Assembly: GCA_024704765.1 (NCBI GenBank) | Contig: JAKMXF010000333.1 | Span: 62,001 to 126,000, forward strand | Reading direction: 5' to 3' | From: Oopsacas minuta | Lineage: Eukaryota; Animalia; Porifera | Length of the DNA stretch: 64,000 bases | Shown here: positions 12,036-22,695 of the stretch, piece after piece | How the letters are laid out: the number at the start of each line of letters is the position of its first letter | How positions within the stretch are numbered: the stretch's first letter is position 1 | Translations under genes and position numbers: made by a program | Notes under the pieces: model-generated | Seen by the model: only the letters and a program-made list of their open reading frames with translations | Databases searched by the model: none | Told to the model about the DNA's origin: nothing

Positions 12036-13554
12036 ATTATATATTGATTCAAATTGTATGTAGAATCATTTTTTGTTGTTTTTATTAAGAAAAGATGTGA
12101 CATGCGTATAGAAAATTCTATTTTGACAATAAGCTTACTCCAATTCAATTCAGTAATTTGTAACTTATAATCTCCATTCTATAGAGACCATTATGATGTG
12201 CTGATTACCATTATATTATCAAAATACAAATTATTGTGACAAATAATTATAGAACGTTTAGCTTTTAATATGGATTGTTGGTAGTTACTCATTGGTTTTA
12301 AAATTTGGGCAACGGGGTGGTGTTTCATTACTAATTTCAATACTTGATAAGTAGGGCATTAGTAGATTACGAAAAATGTATCTCCGATCTCAATCATGAT
12401 AGTATTTTACGAATGATCGCCGATCCGATATCAATCGTTTTTGTAATCATTTCTTATTAAGCAAAATGAATCAATGAATCAAATTTTGTATCAAATTCAA
12501 ACTTCCTTCTCATAGTGTGGCAAAATGGCGATTATGGGGTAATAGGTACTTACACTGAAGATATATGTTAAAATGTTGTCATATATAGTAAATCGACACT
12601 AGATTTCAACAATGGCACCAAATTTTAGCTGCACTTCTGGAAATGGGACTATGACGTAATCTTTGGTATTTTGATATAATTAATAATTATGGTTCAAGAA
12701 TAAATGAGTTCTAAATTTTGAGTGTTGTATACCAGCCAGCTCTATTTATTGATAAACTTGAATAACAATGCGTATACTGAATTCATTTATGCATTGGATA
12801 CTTCATAAAGTGATACTAATGAATTAGAAATACAGAAATTATAGAATGTTATGCGAAAATAAAATTCTTCTGAATCGGTATGCCCCTTACACTCAATGTC
12901 AAAGAAAAGTATAAGTTGGAGCCTTTGTACGAGTCTAAAGATTATAGAGAATGAAAATTAGAAAGATATACTATGCGAAATTGTCAACTATTCAACCCGA
13001 AATTATTTGCATTGTAAGATCGGGGACCTAAAAGGTAGGTCAAGGAGCTGAAATATGGAAAATAGACGGCTAAAACTGCTTGAGAATGAGAAATAAAGAT
13101 TTAATCTGTTTTACAAACGAGTTAAATTAATCACATAATACATACGAATACTGAGAAATGCCATTGAATTAACAAAAATCCAGGAATGCTGAAATATCGC
13201 AAAGGTATTTGAAGAATAAATATATTTGTGGTTTTCAGGTTTTGATATTTCAAATTTTAGTCTAAGTTTGATACTTTGGTTAGACATGTTATAAGTTCAT
13301 TAATTAACTAATAATAGCATATTTCTAGGTTTGAAATAGTGTAAAATCGAATGCACACAATAATTTTGGTAAATAGCGAAGTCAAATTTTCACCTATTAC
13401 CGCATAGTTCCACACTGTGCTTCTCTTCTTAACATTATGGTAGTGTATTTTGAATATAAACTTATGTTGCTTTTATCTAAAATTATTTTCCCTTTTGCAA
13501 CATAACATCTGAATATGATCTAATCTATTATTACTGATTAAATAAAATTATTAT

Positions 13555-14039
13555 ATATACGAGCCTTTGGCTCGTCGCTTCGCGATAAACTCGGCACATT
13601 GCGCCTCGAGGTATCCAGTCGTTGAAAGCATGTTTCTACCACAATATTGAAATTTGTATACTTTATGTACCTAGCAGTAAACAAATATTCACAATATGTT
13701 GTTTGCAATAACATATTTGGACTCAGCACACTTGATTACCCCAGTATAGTCATTAAAAGTATGTTTCTACCTCAAATTTGAAATTTGTTTACTTTATATT
13801 CATAAAAACAGCAATAAATTTACATATGATTAATCCAAAAGTGTGAAAATCGGATTCAGCATGTTCGATATGTTTAGTGAAGTTTTATTGAATTCTATTT
13901 ACTTCTTTCATAAACACGATAAATACATTGTTTTGCAACAATTTCAAAATTGCATACCGTAAATCCTTTCCTTGACAACGGACAAACAAACAAACAAATA
14001 AACAAACAAATAAACAGACAACAACAATTGCGATTTAAT
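13555..14039 (+). mobile_element. Non-autonomous dispersed repeat, Helitron/DINE-1-like; copy 1
   Basis: 5' hairpin acgagc-ctttg-gctcgt, then cattgcgcctcgaggtatcca, a shared core (catatgattaatccaaaagtgtg..cggattcagc), a (CAAA/GACA)n tract and caattgcgatttaat. Homologous to 53431-53823 and 61681-62160. The class is inferred from the architecture. Confidence 0.5.
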
Positions 14040-14059
14040 CATTCAATGCTTAGCTTAAG

Positions 14060-14296
14060 ATGGGGATTAGCTTTACTCAGCTCATTATTCTCGGCTTCTT
14101 AGGGGCTTGTTTATTTATTGGACCAAAGAAAATAATTCCCAGAATTTCAGAGACTTTTAGAATAACGAAGCAAGTTTTGGATGAAGAATCAACTAAAGCG
14201 GGACTGGATATGGCTAATAACGGTAAGGACACTAAACCTGATGCAACTGCTCAAGTAACTAATAAATCTAAAAGTGAAGAGAAGAAGGAGGAGTAG
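14060..14296 (+). CDS. tatA: TatA/TatB-family twin-arginine translocase subunit-like protein, 78 aa
   Basis: MGISFTQLIILGFLGACLFIGPKK aligns by eye with E. coli TatA [24 protein letters not shown]: N-terminal TM helix with polar Gln, hinge Gly and KK. A short amphipathic segment (IIPRISETFRITKQVLDEE) and a charged disordered tail ending SKSEEKKEE follow. Confidence 0.7.
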   Translation: MGISFTQLIILGFLGACLFIGPKKIIPRISETFRITKQVLDEESTKAGLDMANNGKDTKPDATAQVTNKSKSEEKKEE

Positions 14297-14856
14297 AATT
14301 TAGATCGTTTAATTTGAATATTTTCTAGTCATAAGATTAATGTCAACTAGTAGAATCTCAGTAATTAATTACAATTGATAGCCTTGTTGAGATTATTAAT
14401 CCACCAGTAATTGAAGTTAATATTTACTGAAAATCAGCGTCTGCTGAAATACTGAAACTTCTATGAATAGTGTAACTGGCTTGCATCGCTTGCTAGATCT
14501 CTGCGTATTATTCAACAGCTAAATTGTATAGAGTTATGAACTCTATGCTACAGAATATACTCATCACTAGAGTCATGACGTAGGGACATTTGTTACATTA
14601 TGGGTTACCTGTGATAGAAATTTCAAACTCCTATCATTCATATTAGCTGAGCACTTGTTAATATTGTCTTTTTCGAAAATCCAAAAGCCGACAATGATTT
14701 CATAATTTCAACATATGTGTGAATTCAAACTTGTCTTAGCCAGAACCATAATGACCCTGTACACAAAATCAGCTCTGTAGGTCTTCCAGTTCCTTCAATC
14801 AATTCTAGACATACAACATAAACATATACTACACAGACATATATACATACAGATGC

Positions 14857-15508
14857 ATCTGTATATTTTGATCGAATTTTAAGTAGAACTTTGATCAAAT
14901 TTTCTTATGTCGAACTTTGATCGAATGATGAAAAAGGCAAATTTTGATCAAAGTTCTACTAAAATGTCTCCAGTCATACTTTGATCGAAAATGGGAACTT
15001 TGATCGAAAATGGAGAAAATACAACAAAAAAATCCAGCGACACGCCATTTTACAAAGATTAATAGTAATCAGTCCAAAAAACTCCATCTAATCATAAAAT
15101 AGCATAAATTCCACATTCACTTTATATTTTATTAGTTAGAAAGAGTACCATTGGGAGAGGATTAGGGATTTATTTCGCTACCTTATGGCTCTGGGAGTAT
15201 TTATTTGTGTTCGTTATTAGCTACTAAAGGATGGGAGTGTGGAATTTATGCTAACTTTATGATTGGATGGAGTTTTTTTGGATTGATTATTATTGATCTT
15301 TGTAAAATGGCGTATCGTTGGATTTTTTGTTGGATTTTCTCCATTTTCGATCAAAGTTCCCATTTTGATCAAAGTTCCCATTTTCGATCGAAGTTCCCAT
15401 TTTCGATCAAAGTTCGACTGGAGACATTTTAGTAGAACTTTGATCAAAATTTGCCTTTTTTATCATTCGATCAAAGTTCGACATACAATTCGATCAAAAT
15501 ATACAGAT
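14857..15508. mobile_element. Fold-back element with ~265-bp TIRs containing 19-bp subrepeats
   Basis: Arms about 14857-15120 and 15234-15508 are reverse complements. The unit ttttcgatcaaagttccca occurs about 4 times in the right arm and about 2 times in the left. Confidence 0.85.
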
Positions 15509-15924
15509 CCGTTGTACATGCCACAAACATTCCATTATAGCCTGTATACTACTCCAATTGTTCCATTTGTAGAATTTTTGTAAGAACAATTTCCCATCCA
15601 AATATCCTTTGAATAGAATATTACTAATATCAAACAATATTCTGTAAGTTTGTGTTTAAGAAATTGTATCAGTGTTGTAAATACAAATCAGTTTAATATC
15701 ATACAAATTAGCACTTATCGACAACAAAAAGATGTGAAATTCCTTAGAAAGTCATTGTGAGGAAATATTTACAAGCCTAGAATAGATATGAATAGGATAT
15801 AGACAAAATGTGATTAAATATGTACAGAAGTAAATAATTACAGCAGACACCTTAATAGAATAATGTAAAACATAACTTAACAATCAGCTGACGTGATTAT
15901 GAGTTCAGATGTGAGGGTATCTGA

Positions 15925-17698
15925 TCACACCTGTGGAGATACTTTGGTCACTTTGAAGGGTTTTGGAGAATATACTACTGAGTGAGAAAGTGGGTTTTCT
16001 ATGACGGTAGATTCATTGGCTTTCTCCTTGTCTAATTCAGCAATTGTAGGATTATACCCAGGAATCTGTTTGGGTGAATATGACCATCTCTTCATAAAGA
16101 AATAGAACAAGGGTACTATGAATATCAGGACAAGCAATACGAGTAGAACGAAAACTACAACACCGAATATGACGAGAATGAATTCAGTCTTACCAAAGTT
16201 CAAGATTTGAGGATTCACAGGAGTGATATCAATAGATTCACAGTCACTCCTGTTAGTAGTGGATATGTTGAATCCATCAAAACATGAGCAATTAAATGAC
16301 CCAATTATGTTATTACAATTCTGTTCACAACCTCCATTATCTACCAAGCATTCATTCATGTCATTACAGAACGTTTCATAGAGTTGATACAGAAGATGGT
16401 TGTAACTGTACTTATCCACCAGAACGTGCCTTCTACAATGATAGTAGTTTCGTATGTTCAGACATAGATGAGTGTGAAGACAGTAGTATTACATGTCAAG
16501 GTAACTGTACTAACACGCTTGGTTCCTATAGATGTGATTGTCACGATGGATTCATTAATCTCAATACCACGTATTATCCCCAGGACATACTATTGAATGA
16601 TTGAAGCACTGATAACTGGGGTTACTACAGTTTACATAAAGGCTGGGCTCGTCTACTTGGAGGCTTGGATTTCCTGAGCAATCATTGCTTGAGTCTACAT
16701 ATATTCGGATGCTATACTCGTTTTGTAATATTGAAATCCATTCCATTTCACAGGTGCAATCAAATGAAATATCTCTCATATTTATAGATGATAATTTTGG
16801 GAATTGTTGAAAAATTTCTGGATTCAATAACGCAGGATCATAATTACGTATGTCTATTTCTGTAATGCTCTTCGCTACAGTTAGAGTCGATAAAGTAACT
16901 GATGGATTATTTTTCAAGGATATTTCTTGTAAACCTTCCAGACCGACGAAAGTATACTTTCCAACTTTGGTTATGTCATTACTTGACAGATCCAGATATA
17001 CAAAATTCAGTAAACCCAGGAAAGTACAGTCATTTAACTCATTGATCATATTGCCTTCAAAACTCAAACGTATTAATCTGTTTGTTTCGTTAAAAGAATC
17101 GGGCATTACTTTTGTTATATTTCCATGTTCCCAAAAATATACAATAATTTCTCTAGTCCCCCTATGATACTCCGATCTATGACACCATTTCCTTCCGTTA
17201 ATGATGATTCGAATACTCGTATGTCTTCTAAATGTATATTCTTAGTGAAAAATGGCATTAACTTTGATCCTAATTGATCCGCGTAGAAGTACTCCATGTT
17301 CGGGAAATATGTGAAAAGTCGTTATGATTGATGAATACTTCATTGCCGTTAAATACTATACCTACAATATTGGAATTTATCAAAGAAGTTTCAATATGGC
17401 ACGGTGTGAGGAGCTCATTATTCACAACCAAAGTATCTATATTGCTCGGTAAGCTTAGATTCAATGTAGCGCCTTCTCCCCTTGGATGATGTTAATATTG
17501 AGGGAGACCTTATTTCCTTGAGGACATTCGTACATTTTTGTTGTATTGCATCTGTGTTTGTCCACGAATAAGACATACATAATGAAATATATCATCATAG
17601 CAGGTTATTTCGCTATTCTCACAGTTGCCTTTGACCAGTACAACAAAACAATTTAATATGAGTATTACAAGGATAATTCCCTTGTTAGTTGATATCAT
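15925..17698 (-). pseudogene. LRR-EGF-TM receptor paralogue B (frameshifted, with internal inversion)
   Basis: Fragments 17510-17698 (signal peptide), 17270-17464, 17115-17297, 16561-17106 (LRR/LRRCT) and 15925-16379 (EGF, TM, tail) are colinear with 18114-19895. At least 3 frameshifts; 16380-16563 is inverted. Confidence 0.9.
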
Positions 17699-18113
17699 CT
17701 TAGAAGTTGCAGAAATGTTTATGCTTTGCCCACCCCTCTCTTAATTTATATTAGATCCTAGTATGGATTATGTATTTGCATATATATTCTACACGTATAG
17801 TGTGAACACATGTAAAATATTTGAAAAGTATTTTGTATTAGAAGAAAGATAACTGTTTTGTACTTGTGAAAGTATATTTGGAATTCACATGGTATCATTA
17901 GTTTTGTATATTCAACAGAATCTTATTTTCTTTATGATAACCTTATTGAAAAATACTACCAAAGTTATTGTAACACATAGCTACTGACCTGGATTATTTA
18001 TATTGGGTAATAGACAACAGTAAAGTAAATACAAAGACAAGTAGATTTACAACAGACAAACTAATTCTTATGTTACATCAATAATCAGTTGATGGGATTC
18101 ACACTTCAGAGTT

Positions 18114-19895
18114 CTAGATATCTGTTCCAATTTGTGGAGATACTTCATTATCTTTCAAGGGTTCTAGAGATGCGCCTCCTGAATCAAAAAGTGGGTTTTC
18201 GATAACGGTAGGATCTTCGGCTCTGATTTTATCTAATTCAGCAATTGTAGGATTATAACCAGGCTTTTGTTTAGGTATATGTAACCGTCTCTTCAAATAG
18301 AGACAGAACAAGAGTACTATGAATATCAGGACAAGCAATACGAGTAGAACGAAAACTACAACACCGAATATGACGAGAATGAATTCAGTCTCACCAAAGT
18401 TCAAGATTTGAGGATTCACAGGAGCGATATCAATGAATTCACAGTCACTACTGTTAGTAGTGGATATGTTGAATCCATCAAAACATGAGCAATTGAATGA
18501 ACCAATTATGTTATTACAATTCTGTTCACAACCTCCATTATCTACCAAGCATTCATCCACATCATTACAGAATGTTTCATTGAGATTAGTGAATCCTTCA
18601 CGACAATCACATCTATAGGAACCAAGCGTGTTAGTACAGTTACCTTGACATGTAATACTACTGTCTTCACACTCATCTATGTCTGAACATACGAAACTAC
18701 TATCATTGTAGAAGGCACGTTCTGGTGGATAAGTACAGTTACAACTATCTTCTGTATCAACTCTATACCACGTATTATTACCAGGACATACTATTGAATG
18801 ATTGAAGCACTGATAACTGGGGTTACTACAGTTTACATAAAGGCTGGGATCGTCTGCTAGGAAGCCTGGATGTTGGATGCATTCGAAATATTCATCTACT
18901 ATTCCATAAATTCCAAAAGCTTCTAATTGTGAGATCCATTCTGTTTCGCATGTACAGTTAAAGGTGATGAAATGCAAAACAAGATATCGCAATTTCGGGA
19001 ATTGTTGGAATATTTCGGGGGATAAAAGCGATGGATTGTAATGAAAGAGAAGAATTACTTCAATTCTTTTCATTAACGTGATTGTATTTAGTGGAAAAGA
19101 TGGATTATAGTTGAGATTTATGAATTGTACGTTGTCTAATCCGATAAATGTGTATTCACCTACAGTCGTTATATCATTATGAGCAAATGATATACGCATC
19201 AAATCTTCTAGACCCTCGAATGTGCAGTCATAGAGCTCATGTATTTCATTCCCAATTAGTATCAGTACTTCTAGTGATAAGGTATCGGTGAAAGCATTTG
19301 GCATCAACTTTGTAATTCCTCCGTATTTCCATATAAATACATGCAATATGAAGAGGCCTCTTAACATGGTTTCATCAATGACACGATCGGATTCTTCCTC
19401 AATGTTCGAGCGATGAACATCAATTACGCGAAGAAACATATTTTCTGTAAAGAATGGCATGGATTTTGATCCAAGTAGATCCGCTAGGAAATATTCCAAG
19501 TTTGGAAAATATGTAAAGAAGTCGTTATGATTGAGGAATACTTCTCCATCGCTGAAATATATTTCAATCAAATTGATGTTTACTGAGGACGTTTCTATGA
19601 AACATGGCGTCTGGAACCCATTGGAAATTTTCAAATGCTTTATGTTGTTAGGGAGTGAAAGGTTTAGAGTAGCGCCTGCCCCACCACCTTTTATCTTAAT
19701 TTGCAGACCCGCAAAGTTCCCTTGAGTACATTTAAAAACTTGCTCTTGAATTACTTCTTTGTTAATAGTGCGTATGTTGCAAGATATATTTGCCTCATTA
19801 CAATTAGCACAGAATACTTCATCAGTGCCACATATGTCGTGACCAAAAATTCGCCAAAATCGTATTATGAAAAAAAGTAAGACTATTTTATTCAT
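18114..19895 (-). CDS. LRR-EGF-TM receptor paralogue A, intact single exon, 593 aa, no TIR
   Basis: Signal peptide; LRRs (LEVLILIGNEIHEL, LMRISFAHNDITTV); LRRCT-like FNCTCETEW; two calcium-binding EGF domains ([23 protein letters not shown]); TM FILVIFGVVVFVLLVLLVLIFIVLLFCLYL; ~60-aa tail. Confidence 0.9.
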   Translation of the reverse strand: MNKIVLLFFIIRFWRIFGHDICGTDEVFCANCNEANISCNIRTINKEVIQEQVFKCTQGNFAGLQIKIKGGGAGATLNLSLPNNIKHLKISNGFQTPCFIETSSVNINLIEIYFSDGEVFLNHNDFFTYFPNLEYFLADLLGSKSMPFFTENMFLRVIDVHRSNIEEESDRVIDETMLRGLFILHVFIWKYGGITKLMPNAFTDTLSLEVLILIGNEIHELYDCTFEGLEDLMRISFAHNDITTVGEYTFIGLDNVQFINLNYNPSFPLNTITLMKRIEVILLFHYNPSLLSPEIFQQFPKLRYLVLHFITFNCTCETEWISQLEAFGIYGIVDEYFECIQHPGFLADDPSLYVNCSNPSYQCFNHSIVCPGNNTWYRVDTEDSCNCTYPPERAFYNDSSFVCSDIDECEDSSITCQGNCTNTLGSYRCDCREGFTNLNETFCNDVDECLVDNGGCEQNCNNIIGSFNCSCFDGFNISTTNSSDCEFIDIAPVNPQILNFGETEFILVIFGVVVFVLLVLLVLIFIVLLFCLYLKRRLHIPKQKPGYNPTIAELDKIRAEDPTVIENPLFDSGGASLEPLKDNEVSPQIGTDI

Positions 19896-20241
19896 TTTGG
19901 AAATTTTAAGTTCGTTTCATTAGTTTTATACTTTTGATTTATTAGTAATATTTGCTTGGAGTCTCTACCTAATCAACAGGTTTACACTTGGTAATCTAAA
20001 CAATTTGTTTAATCCAAGAAAATCACTTATTGGGCTTTTGTCCTTGTAAACAATATTTTATTCAGCTCTTACGTGTTTTACATTATCACAAGTGCCCAGC
20101 AGTCCTATAGATTTAAGTTCAAACCATATTTTTAGCATTTACAGTTGATATTTGATCTAGTGAGATTTAATAGTCCTTGGATCATACAGTATACAATATA
20201 TATTGTATGATCCCTTGAGGAAGTAATAGTGTAAATTCATA
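19896..20241. promoter_or_regulatory. Putative bidirectional promoter between head-to-head paralogues A and C
   Basis: Only 346 bp separate the two divergent ATGs. This rests on geometry alone; no motif was identified. Confidence 0.35.
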
Positions 20242-22281
20242 ATGAAATCGATTAGCAAGGTATTTATCTTATTTATATTCGTAATAAAATGCTTGCTCGT
20301 TTCTAGCCACGATGCACCTGTGTGTGGGGATTCTATAGTCACGTGTTCCTTAGATGGTGATGAGCTAGATTGTGAGATTCGGGGACAGGATTCCGAACAA
20401 ATACAACAAACAATCTATGAATGTTCGTAAGGCAATCACGAATATCTTGAAATCGAGATACGGTTATGTGGTATTGGTGTTACATTGGACATAGATATCC
20501 CTACAAACGTAAAAACTTTGAAAATTGAGAATAATTTCAGTACAACTTGTTTCGTCGAAACTTCGATAATTAATGTTGATGTAACCAAAATCATTTTTGA
20601 CGAAAATGAAGTATTTATCAACCACAACGACTTCTTTACATATTTTCCAAACTTGAGATACTTCTATGCAGATTTCATAGGATCGAATTTGATGTCATTT
20701 TTCTCCCAGAATGCATTTATTCAAAAAATTGAAGTGGATAACTCTTTAGTTGTGCAAGAGTCAAGTCGTGTCATAGATCAGACAGTTGTAGGGTCGTTAG
20801 ATAATTTGGAGAGGTTTTATTGGGAATCTGGTCGTATTACAAAATTAATGCCGGATTCATTTATTGGAACATACATATTAGAAAAATTGAGTTTGTATGA
20901 CAATAATCTCCAAGAATTAGGCGACTGTACTTTTGATGATTTATATAATTTGTATTCAATAAACTTGGCTGGGAATAACATAACAAAGGTTGGAGAGTAC
21001 ACATTCATTGGAGTGGATATCTTACAACGTGCGTATCTAGATGATAATCCATCCTTTCCACTGTCGGCCCTCACGCTAGCGAATACAATTGTAAAACTCG
21101 ACGTCGATCATTACAATCCAGCACTTTTGAAACCTGAAATTTTTCAACAATTTCTCTACCTATCATATCTGTCACTGAAATACATATCATTCAATTGCAC
21201 CTGTGAAACAGAGTGGATTTCCACATTATGTGGTCATAAAATCTCCGTTAATTTAGACTCATTCAATTATTGCCCAGGAAATCCAGGAATTCAAGTAGAT
21301 GATCCTAACCTCTATGTTAATTGTAATAACACCAACCCCAGTTATCAGTGCTTCGATCATTCAATAGTATGTCCTGGAGATAATACGTGGTATAGAGTTG
21401 ATACAGAAGATAGTTGTAACTGTACTTATCCACCAGAACGTGCCTTCTACAATGATAGTAGTTTCGTATGTTCAGACATAGATGAGTGTGAAGATAGTAG
21501 TATTTGTGAGAACAGCAACTGTATGAATATCATAGGTTCCTACACATGTGATTGTAATGAGGGATACTTTAATCTCAATGAAACGTTCTGTAATGACGTG
21601 AATGAATGCGGGGCAAATAATGGAGGTTGTGAACAGAATTGTACCAACACCAACGGTTCATTTGTATGTTCTTGTATCCAAGGATACACTGAAAATGGAA
21701 CAAAATAGATTGACATAGATGAATGCGAGGTAAACAATGGAGGTTGTGATCAGAATTGCACTAATGCAATAGGAAAGTATGAATGCACTTGCTTTGAGGG
21801 ATATTCTATGCAAGGACTCTTGTGTGCGGATACAAATGAGTGTGAGGAATCAAATGGAAATTGTCTCCATAATTGTAACAATTCAATAGAGTCTTTTGAA
21901 TGTTCGTGTTTTGATGGATTTGTCATTTCCTCTACAAACAGTAGTGACTGTGAATCAATTACTGCAGGTTTCAGGATCTTGAACTTAGGTGGGACTGAAT
22001 CTATTCTCGTTACATTAGCTATTATTTTTCTCATCCTAATAATATTCTTTGTGGGGATAATTCTTGTAATTCTGTTCTGTCTCTATGCTAGGAGCCAGTC
22101 ACGCAAACCAGTACCGAAACCAGTGGTGACTACTACAAAACCTACAATTGCCGAATTAGACAGAATGAAATCTATCATTATTCAAAACCCACTTTCTGGA
22201 TTAGAAGGATTCTCTTTAGAACCCCTGAAAGACCCTAAATCGGTTCCAGATGTTGGGGTAGATACTCTGACCCCGAATTAG
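20242..22281 (+). pseudogene. LRR-EGF(x4)-TM receptor paralogue C with two in-frame stops and no frameshift
   Basis: ORFs 20242-20430, 20485-21708 and 21808-22281 are all in one frame (680 codons). TAA at 20428-20430 lies where paralogues have Gln (C.QGN). TAG at 21706-21708 replaces an EGF Cys (NGTK*IDIDEC). Confidence 0.88.
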
Positions 22282-22695
22282 GGATTACATCTACAGATTG
22301 TTAAGTATATTCTATAAATAGAATGCTTTAGTTATACTTCTTGTAGTTATAAGATTGTATTAGCATATACAGTTTCACACTTTTTTATTCTTGCTGAATT
22401 TCTTATCAACCAATGCTATATAGTAATTAGTGCCAAGAATCAGTGGAAAATAATCTGTGCCCATGTATGTGATAGCTGTATAGGCAATACTTTCATGATA
22501 TATTGAAATAATGAATATTTGTGGTAAATGTACTTACTCGAGTGGTAGTGGCAATTTGAGAAAATTACTGTTTGTCTAACAGCTAGGAAAGTGTGATCTC
22601 AGAGCTTTTTATATGATACTGTTATAATTGACCACACTGACTCTTACCCAACGCGATATTGATTTTCTTCCAATAAACAGGTTAGTTAGGCTAAA

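Noticed and set aside
14950-15490. CRISPR-like array of repeated ttcgatcaaagttc units
   Set aside because: The units are head-to-tail without unique spacers and are mirrored in an inverted arm; no cas genes; eukaryotic context.
13000-15500. Bacterial tat operon or contaminant insert around the TatA-like ORF
   Set aside because: No tatB/tatC or other bacterial ORFs nearby; the immediate flanks are host repeat families found elsewhere in the window. Single-gene horizontal transfer remains possible.
16296-16604. Independent plus-strand EGF gene
   Set aside because: It is the inverted segment of minus-strand pseudogene B plus flanking antisense sequence.
20428-21708. Alternative genetic code (TAA/TAG = Gln), suggested by TAA at a conserved Gln in paralogue C
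   Set aside because: Other internal TAGs replace Cys (21706) and Glu (2611), and intact genes terminate normally with TAA or TAG (ArfGAP1, tatA-like, maT transposase). These are ordinary nonsense mutations.
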